Virus record (IMG/VR): IMGVR_UViG_3300048590_000661
Span: 32,001 to 96,000 of that record
Source of the DNA: a virus
Strand: one strand, 5' to 3'
Length of the DNA: 64,000 nucleotides
The translations under genes were made by a program, and so were the position numbers. Position 1 is the stretch's first letter; each line of letters starts with the position of its first letter. Below are positions 49,441 to 57,250 of the stretch, piece after piece. The notes under the pieces are model-generated. The model did not search any database and was not told the origin of the DNA. It saw only the letters and a list, made by a program, of their open reading frames with translations.

Positions 49441-49920
49441 TTATCCTCTCTTAATAAATGGCATAATTAAGCCAATAGCTTCTTTACCATGTCGAATCAC
49501 TAATGGCAATGTTGGTTTTTTAATATAAAATGTTAATTCCGAATATACTTTATTTAATTTACCTAACATAGCCACAAAGTAAGCGTTGATATATGTTTGA
49601 TTACTTTCATCTGCATCGCAAAAACGACAACAAGGATTAGTATAAAATAGCTTTACATCATTCGTCAAATACATTTGAGTATTATTCTCTAATGCTGGGT
49701 TTAATACTAAGCCACTATCAAATACTAAACCAGTGTCATTAATCTTTTGTACTACATTAGGTTCATACTTAGTTTGAAGCATCCAAAAACCATTAGTAGT
49801 CCATCCGTCATGCCGCTTTAAATTAGTATAATCAGCACGCACTTTACTAGCAGTGGGATTAAATATAGTTGTAATATTTTTTAGTGTAGACGTATCAAAA
49901 CTTAGAATTGTGTTGCCCAT
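49441..49920 (-). CDS. hypothetical protein
   Basis: 159 aa; WTTNGFW and C-terminal GLIMP. Confidence 0.55.
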   Translation of the reverse strand: MGNTILSFDTSTLKNITTIFNPTASKVRADYTNLKRHDGWTTNGFWMLQTKYEPNVVQKINDTGLVFDSGLVLNPALENNTQMYLTNDVKLFYTNPCCRFCDADESNQTYINAYFVAMLGKLNKVYSELTFYIKKPTLPLVIRHGKEAIGLIMPFIKRG

Positions 49921-50243
49921 TATATATTTTCCTTAGTTACGATTCCATATTCATCATTAATTGCCAATAATTCTAAATACTCAATTTCATCAATAGGGTC
50001 TTCGCCAGTCCCATTATAAATTTTACAAATTACTTTTTTTAGCTTATTATTTTTATTTGGTCTGCTACCAATACCATCACAAACTTTACATAGCTTAGTA
50101 ACGTTAATGCTTTTTTCTGTATCGGGATAAAGCTCTGTATAATATTTATGATAGTAATCTGCCCTCGCTTTAATTTGTTTTATAGTTTCGGCTGAAAACC
50201 CTACTACACTACTATTGTTATTTAAATACCATACAGAGTACAT
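49920..50243 (-). CDS. hypothetical protein with DnaJ-like Zn-finger remnant
   Basis: CKVCDGIG...CKIYNGTG. Confidence 0.5.
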   Translation of the reverse strand: MYSVWYLNNNSSVVGFSAETIKQIKARADYYHKYYTELYPDTEKSINVTKLCKVCDGIGSRPNKNNKLKKVICKIYNGTGEDPIDEIEYLELLAINDEYGIVTKENI

Positions 50244-50249
50244 ATGTGT

Positions 50250-50732
50250 TTATCCTTTAACCAGTGGTAATAAAGTAATGTTATTTAATTCATAGTTTAA
50301 TACACCAAACATACTAGTAGATAACACCATATAATGCCCTTCAATTTCTACAGTAATATTAATAGCAGTTACGTAGTTATTATCAAACACTTGCATAACA
50401 GGGTTATCTAAATTAATTAAATAGATATCTTCTGTATTATCACCCAATAATGTAAGGTTGATGGTATCACCAATTTCTTTTTCACCCAAGTAATACTCTG
50501 TTGTAGATAAAACTGTTGGTGGAATATCAAATTGATATACATCACCTTCGCCATGAACTGTAATATGTGATGTTTTAATATATTGATAGTGATTTTGAAC
50601 ACGAATCAAGAACCCAGTATAACCACTTTCTAATACATAGCTATTATCACCACTACCTAAATAAGAAATATTGGTACTTGGTGATAGCGGGGTTAGTAAT
50701 AGTGCTATTGCAAAAATAATATTTAACATCAA
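50250..50732 (-). CDS. secreted protein, paralog of 51605-52231
   Basis: Signal peptide; ISYLGSGDNSYVLESGYTGFLIR; ends TLLPLVKG. Confidence 0.65.
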   Translation of the reverse strand: MMLNIIFAIALLLTPLSPSTNISYLGSGDNSYVLESGYTGFLIRVQNHYQYIKTSHITVHGEGDVYQFDIPPTVLSTTEYYLGEKEIGDTINLTLLGDNTEDIYLINLDNPVMQVFDNNYVTAINITVEIEGHYMVLSTSMFGVLNYELNNITLLPLVKG

Positions 50733-51079
50733 ATACTCTCTTCCATAATTGGCGCAATATGATCTTCCATAACATATAACGGCTTTAAATACCGATTATT
50801 GCCATTTTTTAAAATTTGTACCATATGACATGTAATACTTTCTTTAGTTACAAAGTTACTTTCTCGACTACTAGTTTCCCAATCGCGATAATGCTCCCAG
50901 TATCCAGATTTAACGACATTAAAACCAAGATAAATACCTTTTAGCGGCTTATTAAGTTCCTCACTTACCCATGATACCTTATCGCCATTTTTTACCTTAT
51001 TTAGGTAGCCTGTAATTTCTACCTGTTGACCGATCTTAAAACTCATAAATCTCACACTTTCTAATAGTTGCCATTCCAT
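50729..51079 (-). CDS. hypothetical protein
   Basis: ORF in the operon. Confidence 0.55.
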   Translation of the reverse strand: MEWQLLESVRFMSFKIGQQVEITGYLNKVKNGDKVSWVSEELNKPLKGIYLGFNVVKSGYWEHYRDWETSSRESNFVTKESITCHMVQILKNGNNRYLKPLYVMEDHIAPIMEESI

Positions 51080-51248
51080 ATTCCATACGTTGAATACTGT
51101 TTAAATCTTTCCAAATGGGTCTATATTTTTCTAGTTCCCCATTAACGCAAGCTTGATATTCTAGTGATGGTGGCGGGTTAGGATTTTTAAACATTGTACA
51201 CCCTTGAATACTAAATGTTAGAACAATCGCCAAAACATATTTAAACAT
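51036..51248 (-). CDS. putative lipoprotein
   Basis: Signal peptide with IQGC lipobox-like motif. Confidence 0.5.
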   Translation of the reverse strand: MFKYVLAIVLTFSIQGCTMFKNPNPPPSLEYQACVNGELEKYRPIWKDLNSIQRMEYGMATIRKCEIYEF

Positions 51249-51328
51249 ATTATAATAATCCTAAGAACCATAAAATGCTAGTGATACTGCCAATGAAGTA
51301 TAAAGCTAATAAGAAATATTGTAAAATT

Positions 51329-51601
51329 TTATTTCTGTGCATTAAGCCACTCTTGTAAAATGTCATTACTAAATAATGTATTAATAGGGATACAAACATC
51401 TTCGCCAGTATATTTACCTCTGGCTACAAAATATTCATGCGTATATTTAAAACTATTATCCCAATCAACTAATCGATCCATAATATTAGCCCTATTAATC
51501 TCCCAGATTACTTCTAAAATACGAGTATTAATATCGTATTCTATTTCTTCTAGTTTCTCTTTTAAATATAGTGCATAACTAATTGTGGCTTTAGTAAACA
51601 T
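51329..51601 (-). CDS. hypothetical protein
   Basis: 90 aa with AAGGAG ribosome-binding site. Confidence 0.55.
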   Translation of the reverse strand: MFTKATISYALYLKEKLEEIEYDINTRILEVIWEINRANIMDRLVDWDNSFKYTHEYFVARGKYTGEDVCIPINTLFSNDILQEWLNAQK

Positions 51602-51604
51602 ACT

Positions 51605-52231
51605 CTACTCCTTAATACTCGAAAGTCCTTGTTGTTGAGTGGCGATAGGCATATATACACCATATAATTTAGGTTCTAACTCATCACCAATATTACTACC
51701 TGTTGTAATACAAGCTTTAACGAACCCAATAGAATCATGAGTACGAATAGTATATTCATCAGTTACTTGCACATGGAAAGTAATATAACTAACCATCCCG
51801 TTATTATATGTTGAATATACATGCCCGTCAATAGTACTTACTAACTCTGTTAAGCGATTATCATTTTCATTGTCGTCATCGATAATAACAATATCTAATT
51901 TAGTACCTGCTTGCAATGTACCTAAATTAATTTGGTCATCATATAAAGTCACCAAAGTTTCTGTAAAAGAACTACTAGCCCATACTCTATTATTCCGATG
52001 ATTAATTTCTACAGTATTTGCATTAACTTTCGTAATCTTAAATGGACGAGTAGTTTTTACTAAAAATCCATTGTATCCGCTAGGCAATACATACGTATTA
52101 ATACCTTCACCTAAAAAGGTAATATCAGGTAAAGTACACGAATTAGATTTTGCATTAGTTTGAAATGCAGAGAAAAGTATAGCAGCCGCTATCAGAATTA
52201 AAACGAACATAATACGGATAAAGAGCCTCAT
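51605..52231 (-). CDS. secreted protein, paralog of 50250-50732
   Basis: Signal peptide; ITFLGEGINTYVLPSGYNGFLVK; near the C-terminus VYMPIA. Confidence 0.65.
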   Translation of the reverse strand: MRLFIRIMFVLILIAAAILFSAFQTNAKSNSCTLPDITFLGEGINTYVLPSGYNGFLVKTTRPFKITKVNANTVEINHRNNRVWASSSFTETLVTLYDDQINLGTLQAGTKLDIVIIDDDNENDNRLTELVSTIDGHVYSTYNNGMVSYITFHVQVTDEYTIRTHDSIGFVKACITTGSNIGDELEPKLYGVYMPIATQQQGLSSIKE

Positions 52232-52248
52232 AATTTACATTCTTTCTT

Positions 52249-52479
52249 TTAATAAAGTTTCTTTAATTGATATACCTCATCATCCATTAACATATATGCA
52301 GGATATGGTAGAAACGATACACCACCAATGGTTTCGTAAATCCAAACTATACAACAATATTCTACATTTAATCGTTTATAAGAATCTATACACTCACTAA
52401 ATGCACTAAAGTAGGGGTCTGTGTCAAGATATTTTTGCGTAAGCTGTAGCCGATATAAAATATAATTTTCTTTTTCCAT
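52249..52479 (-). CDS. hypothetical protein
   Basis: 76-aa ORF. Confidence 0.5.
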   Translation of the reverse strand: MEKENYILYRLQLTQKYLDTDPYFSAFSECIDSYKRLNVEYCCIVWIYETIGGVSFLPYPAYMLMDDEVYQLKKLY

Positions 52480-52486
52480 AATTATA

Positions 52487-52984
52487 TTAGCTACTTTCCA
52501 ATTTACATTTAGAAGCTACCCCACTTTGTTCTACACCAAATGTAAAAATATGAAACTCATAATCACATTCGGTAAGGCTATCAAAAATCACCATTTGGTA
52601 AAATGGTTCTTCTAACTCTTCGCTATTCAAATGTGTAAATCTAATCACGATAGCATTAGTATATAACCATTGATAGTTTCCACTAAAAACACCTGCTGTA
52701 TTGTTAGCTAAGATATGCAAATCTTTATCTAACTTAAATAGTGGATTATCTTCTACATACCACGTACCGTAAATGTTCTCATCAGTTAGTAATGGCATAT
52801 AAAATGTACTATCATATTCGCCGTTATAGATTACGGCTTTTGGTCTACTTCCACTTAGGAAATATAAATCATTTGCGCCTTCTGTGCCTACATACATATT
52901 AAAATATGAATTAGATAGATCAGGGTGAGTATTACAACCTACTAAGGTTAAAGTAAGTGCTAGTACTACTAAAAATTTATTCAT
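52487..52984 (-). CDS. lipoprotein
   Basis: MNKFLVVLALTLTLVGC lipobox. Confidence 0.7.
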   Translation of the reverse strand: MNKFLVVLALTLTLVGCNTHPDLSNSYFNMYVGTEGANDLYFLSGSRPKAVIYNGEYDSTFYMPLLTDENIYGTWYVEDNPLFKLDKDLHILANNTAGVFSGNYQWLYTNAIVIRFTHLNSEELEEPFYQMVIFDSLTECDYEFHIFTFGVEQSGVASKCKLESS

Positions 52985-53189
52985 CTAACATTTTCTCCAA
53001 TTGTTTAATTTGCTTATGTTTTTCGTCTAACATATTTTGTTGCCATTGTTGAAGTTGATCTATTGCGTAAATGTATTTTACTATCCCTTCGTTAAGTGGG
53101 ACACCTAATACTTTGAAGGCAAACTCTAATTGCTTTACAAGCTCATCTATTTTATTTTGGATTACGGTCTGTTCAAAATCTCTGTTCAT
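52977..53189 (-). CDS. hypothetical coiled-coil protein
   Basis: Start refined to MNRDFEQ after GGTGG. Confidence 0.5.
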   Translation of the reverse strand: MNRDFEQTVIQNKIDELVKQLEFAFKVLGVPLNEGIVKYIYAIDQLQQWQQNMLDEKHKQIKQLEKMLDE

Positions 53190-53259
53190 AGTGCCACCGT
53201 TAGTAAAAAGATAAGTGTTACGATACCTGCTAGGATGTTGAATATTGTGTATTGCATAG

Positions 53260-54015
53260 TTATGACTCACTTTCTGAATAGTATTTATTATACTCTATTA
53301 ACAACTCTTCTCGATACTGGTACTCATGACCTAACCATGATTCTAGGTCGGCTAGGGTGTTGGATAGCTTGGGTAAATAAATTATATGAAAATTTCTAAT
53401 GTGACAATCTTCACATAAAGTAATTAGGTTACTTTCTACACCCCTTAATTCTGGATAAGTAGAGAAGTCGTAAATGTGATGCACGTTTAGATCACCACCA
53501 TATTTAGTACAGTTTTGACAAGTGTAATTATCACGATCACGTATTCGTGGTAAAATTGTTTCAAATATTCTCCCACGAATTATTGAATGTAGTGGTGTTA
53601 TACCACCTTGCCAATTAGAACCTAATTCGCCAGTTCTAGAGCATGACCCACAACAAAAACATTGCGATTGGCTTCTTAAATTACTTAATAAATTGTTGTA
53701 TATATCCCCACATCTTAAACATCGACAAGTAAATTGACGTTGACCACATCTTTTTTCAATTTCTTCTATAATTTCCCAATCTTTTATCACTTTGCCAGGA
53801 GGCATATCTATTCGTAAGTTGAGCATAGCACAAGGTTTGCATGAAAACCCTTTGTGTGGACGCACTAAGTTACTTATTTTTAATTTATATAAATCACCAC
53901 ACAGTAAGCATTCACACAAAAATAACCGCTCTTTTCCTGTTTTATCTAATTCTTCGGTCACTTTCCAGTTTTTAAATACATCACCAACATTTATTGCTCG
54001 TTTTCTATTAGGCAT
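53260..54015 (-). CDS. HNH homing endonuclease, copy 3 (A-A-HNH)
   Basis: Two W...EE..K...F.C.CL.C modules; WQGG; RDNYTCQNC...HHI...NLITLC..CH. Confidence 0.85.
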   Translation of the reverse strand: MPNRKRAINVGDVFKNWKVTEELDKTGKERLFLCECLLCGDLYKLKISNLVRPHKGFSCKPCAMLNLRIDMPPGKVIKDWEIIEEIEKRCGQRQFTCRCLRCGDIYNNLLSNLRSQSQCFCCGSCSRTGELGSNWQGGITPLHSIIRGRIFETILPRIRDRDNYTCQNCTKYGGDLNVHHIYDFSTYPELRGVESNLITLCEDCHIRNFHIIYLPKLSNTLADLESWLGHEYQYREELLIEYNKYYSESES

Positions 54016-54030
54016 TATTATTAATAAATA

Positions 54031-55116
54031 TTATCCCTCACTTTCCATAAAAGAACGAAGTGCATACAAGTTACTAAATGGTACAATTCCAAATTCAGGG
54101 TGCAATACCCAACCAATAGCTGTTGTCTTATTACTTTCGCTGAACCCACGTCGCTTGCTATAATCATCATATCGCTTATAAGTATTTGTTAAAAAGGCAT
54201 AATTAGTTTCACCACGAATATTAAATTCTCTAATTAAACTAGATGAATGAATATGTGCCCCTGCCCAAATTTTAGCATCATATGACATGTTTTTGGCGTT
54301 CCGCTCAATTGCGTGAGTAGGATTAAATTGTGAAAATCCATTCCAAATATGACGTAGCACCACACCGCAATGATTAAAATATGGTGTTTTAATACTCAAA
54401 AATAATTCATCATTATCATAGAAACAATTACTCTTAATCTCATTTAGCATATTTAAATTAACATCTAATCCAGAATATGCCTCGCTCCACGCGTTATGAT
54501 TACCCGAAACGAATGCAATTAATCGGTCCTTAATTAGATTCATATACTTACGAGAAATTGCCGCTTCTTCCTCAATAGTGAATCGTCTGTTATGAGAAAT
54601 ACTAGTTGTCCAGTTGCCAATAAAGTTATTACTTAAATCACCATTATGTAAAAACCAACAGTTATCAATACTATTAACTAACTCTGCTTCTGTAAACATT
54701 CCCTTAATATCGGTAGCAGTACCTTTTCCACCTCCTAGGTGCTGATCGCTGGCTAGCACAAATGCCACTGGACCATTAGTATCAATTTCAAAAGTATTAC
54801 TCTTAGCTAAGTTAGCTCTTTCGTCTACTTTGTCAAAGTGACTTACCATCTCCGCATAGAGCTTTTCTTCATCGATTTCATTAGCTTGAATTTCAACCGT
54901 TAAACCAGACATATGAGTAACAGTCTTTTTCACTACCTCACTAATCGCTAAATTAAGCTCACTACTCTCTTCTTGCCGTCGCCGCCATTGGCGTAAACTA
55001 TACCCTAATTCTGGTAGTTTTTCTTGTAGATGTTCATATACTGCTTTTTTAGTAGGGAAACTATTAATGGCGAATTGTGAAAGATATTCGATTACGGCTT
55101 GCTCATTATATTCCAT
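54031..55116 (-). CDS. calcineurin-like metallophosphoesterase
   Basis: SDQHLG, NGDL, SGNH, RH, GAHIH motifs. Start refined to MEYNEQ. Confidence 0.8.
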   Translation of the reverse strand: MEYNEQAVIEYLSQFAINSFPTKKAVYEHLQEKLPELGYSLRQWRRRQEESSELNLAISEVVKKTVTHMSGLTVEIQANEIDEEKLYAEMVSHFDKVDERANLAKSNTFEIDTNGPVAFVLASDQHLGGGKGTATDIKGMFTEAELVNSIDNCWFLHNGDLSNNFIGNWTTSISHNRRFTIEEEAAISRKYMNLIKDRLIAFVSGNHNAWSEAYSGLDVNLNMLNEIKSNCFYDNDELFLSIKTPYFNHCGVVLRHIWNGFSQFNPTHAIERNAKNMSYDAKIWAGAHIHSSSLIREFNIRGETNYAFLTNTYKRYDDYSKRRGFSESNKTTAIGWVLHPEFGIVPFSNLYALRSFMESEG

Positions 55117-55135
55117 GTTAGTTAATTTATCTTTC

Positions 55136-55366
55136 TTATGATCTGTATACAATTGGTAATTTGTACGCCATCTTAATCGGCGTAATTCCATCTAACTTAG
55201 AAGCTAAATATTCTACAAAACACTTAGGGCAAAATACGCTATCTTCTTCATCGATAATAATTTGATTCTTGTAATCTACTCGCATAGTAGCGGTAATATA
55301 TTCATTTTTATCAGCGTCATGTAAAGCCCCACATGATTCACACTTGACTGCTTGAATTGTTTTCAT
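55136..55366 (-). CDS. small Zn-binding protein
   Basis: CESC...CPKC. Confidence 0.55.
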   Translation of the reverse strand: MKTIQAVKCESCGALHDADKNEYITATMRVDYKNQIIIDEEDSVFCPKCFVEYLASKLDGITPIKMAYKLPIVYRS

Positions 55367-55367
55367 T

Positions 55368-55559
55368 TTATTCTACCTCATAATATGGGTTATATAATTC
55401 ATCTTCCAATTCATATTCACCATTACAAATGTCACAACAGTTTTCACACACATCTTCATTTTTGCTATTTGTATGAATATCTTCTAACTCTTTCCAATTA
55501 GGTAATCTTAGTTGTTTGCTGCATTCGTAGCAGTAGATACTTCCATCAATTTTTGGCAT
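55368..55559 (-). CDS. small Cys-rich protein
   Basis: CYEC...CENCCDIC. Confidence 0.55.
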   Translation of the reverse strand: MPKIDGSIYCYECSKQLRLPNWKELEDIHTNSKNEDVCENCCDICNGEYELEDELYNPYYEVE

Positions 55560-55561
55560 AA

Positions 55562-55921
55562 TTACAAACTTTCTAACTTAGATTCTGTATTGAACAGAAT
55601 ATTATTTACAGACTCACCATGAACTAAAAACCAGAACCGCCTATTATAATTAGCTAATCTATTTACATAAAGGTTATATAAATTATGCTGCCGATTATCG
55701 AGTATTGTAAGGGTTAGCGTTTCATTGCTACTTTTTTCTATATATTTTAATATTTGCTTTTGTGTGGGTAGATTAAACTCTTTAGTTTTAGTAGTTAAAA
55801 TAACATGGTTTAAATAAATATTGTCAGTTGCTATTCCTTTATGAATTAAAATAAACCCGTTGTAATTTGTTACATACTTACTGTCTAAAGTATTAATTAA
55901 TTCATAGCTAATTTGGTTCAT
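55562..55921 (-). CDS. hypothetical protein
   Basis: 119-aa ORF just downstream of the tRNA-like 3' end. Confidence 0.5.
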   Translation of the reverse strand: MNQISYELINTLDSKYVTNYNGFILIHKGIATDNIYLNHVILTTKTKEFNLPTQKQILKYIEKSSNETLTLTILDNRQHNLYNLYVNRLANYNRRFWFLVHGESVNNILFNTESKLESL

Positions 55922-55941
55922 ATTAATGTTTTCTTATTCAG

Positions 55942-56430
55942 TGAGCTAGAAGAGAGTCGAACTCTTACGCCAAGTGTCGGTAAAACTATGGCAATTAGGA
56001 CATAATAATTGTAAATTTTCAATCACATTATTCGTTCTATCACCGTCAATGTGATGTAATTCTAACTTAATTGGATAATCCAACCAAGTTGTAAGCTTAC
56101 ATTCTTCGCATTGATTGCCACGCTCGTTAATTAGATGTTTACGAAAATTATACGCTCTGGTATAAGTAGACCAATCTTTTAATTGCCTGCCCTTACTCCA
56201 TAATTGTCTAGTCCAATGATCTGTATTTACATTTAATAATTGTAATTTACGATTCATATTAGCATAATTACCACCAACAGGTTTTAGTCCTACGCCCTTG
56301 AGTAACCCTGCCATTGACTTAACATTCTTTGCAATTTCTATTATATCTTCATCTGTATAATTAACAATCCGCTTTGGCATCTAAAGTAAATTTTACTCCT
56401 TAATCACGTCTACCATTCCACCACTAGCTC
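55942..56430 (-). ncRNA. tRNA-Leu-like cloverleaf with the anticodon loop replaced by an HNH endonuclease ORF
   Basis: 5' half GAGCTAG-TG-GTGGAATGGTAGACGT-G-ATTA(A)GGA (56430-56397). 3' half TCCTAAT-T-GCCA..TGGC-GT-AAGAG-TTCGACT-CTCTT-CTAGCTC-A (56000-55942). Perfect 7-bp acceptor stem and 5-bp T stem, Leu-type D loop and long variable arm; no anticodon and no encoded CCA. Confidence 0.8.
55946..56380 (-). CDS. HNH endonuclease (different family from the five paralogs), embedded in the tRNA-like RNA
   Basis: YTDEDII...GLKPVGGNY N-terminus; CEEC...LELHHIDGDRTNN...NLQLLCPNCHS. Confidence 0.9.
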   Translation of the reverse strand: MPKRIVNYTDEDIIEIAKNVKSMAGLLKGVGLKPVGGNYANMNRKLQLLNVNTDHWTRQLWSKGRQLKDWSTYTRAYNFRKHLINERGNQCEECKLTTWLDYPIKLELHHIDGDRTNNVIENLQLLCPNCHSFTDTWRKSSTLF

Positions 56431-56460
56431 AACTTAGCTATTTACTCGCCTATAGCCACT

Positions 56461-56489
56461 ATTTTACCACAGGTTGAAAAGTTTGTCAA
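56461..56489 (-). promoter_or_regulatory. sigma70-type promoter driving the tRNA-like/HNH transcript
   Basis: TTGACA-17-TAAAAT with TGTGG; predicted start about 24 nt upstream of the cloverleaf G1. Confidence 0.75.
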
Positions 56490-57064
56490 GGGGCAACTTT
56501 ATGGTCTGGATAATAGGTATAATAAGCAATTAATAGTTCATTTCTGTATTTATATTCGTAACCTAACCAGCTTTCAAGATCAAATAGTGTATTAGTTTTA
56601 TTATTTGGATATATTTTATGAAAATCATCAACATGACAGTGTTTACATAAAGTAATGAGATTGCTTTCTATACAACTTAAGTCTTTATAATTTTGCATAT
56701 CATAAATATGATGGCAATGTAATTCAGTGTTTTTAGCACCACAATTTTGGCATGTGTTACTATCTCTTTTGCGAATTCTAGACCTCATTTTTTTAATTAT
56801 TTTTTTTCTGTCTTTTTCATTTTTTATTGCAATCCCACCTTTCCAAGAATTAGAGCTGTTACCAGAAGCCTTTTCCTTTCGATAACACCCACACGATCTT
56901 GTACTTCCCCTGGAAAGACTATTACCAACTATTATTTTTTCATTGCCACAATCGCAAATACAATTATATTCCCATTGTTGGTGTTTATTCACAGAATGTT
57001 TACTAATAACAGTTATCCTTCCAAATTTTTGCCCTGTCAAATCTTTACAGCTTGAATAAGTCAT
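56486..57064 (-). CDS. HNH homing endonuclease, copy 4 (B-HNH)
   Basis: DLTGQKFGRI...TRSCGC; WKGG; RDSNTCQNCG...HHI...NLITLC..CH. Confidence 0.85.
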   Translation of the reverse strand: MTYSSCKDLTGQKFGRITVISKHSVNKHQQWEYNCICDCGNEKIIVGNSLSRGSTRSCGCYRKEKASGNSSNSWKGGIAIKNEKDRKKIIKKMRSRIRKRDSNTCQNCGAKNTELHCHHIYDMQNYKDLSCIESNLITLCKHCHVDDFHKIYPNNKTNTLFDLESWLGYEYKYRNELLIAYYTYYPDHKVAP

Positions 57065-57084
57065 AATACCCCAATATAGTACTC

Positions 57085-57167
57085 ATGAGACACTAAATTA
57101 CAAGTTCAGCGCTTATGTTTTACGCCTGAATTTTTATTATTCTGGTAGTTGTAATTTAGTGTCTCAT
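57085..57167. repeat. 19-bp perfect inverted repeat
   Basis: ATGAGACACTAAATTACAA (57085-57103) and TTGTAATTTAGTGTCTCAT (57149-57167). Confidence 0.8.
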
Positions 57168-57250
57168 CTGTCTTATTTTTGATTTTATAGGTGTAAATCA
57201 ACAAGACAGATAGCTATTTTTATCTGTCTTGCATCTGTCTTATCTGTCTT
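57166..57250. repeat. iteron-like ATCTGTCTT repeats, candidate replication origin
   Basis: Direct copies at 57166, 57222, 57233 and 57242 and an inverted copy at 57203, abutting the D5-like helicase stop. Confidence 0.7.

Noticed and set aside
55942-56430. Ordinary tRNA-Leu with a group I intron, or a tmRNA
   Set aside because: No anticodon loop, no P/Q/R/S core, and the insert is almost all ORF. It has no G3-U70 alanine identity, and it has a D stem and an ATG-initiated ORF, unlike tmRNA.
57166-57250. CRISPR array
   Set aside because: Repeats are 9 bp, irregularly spaced and in both orientations, with no spacers.
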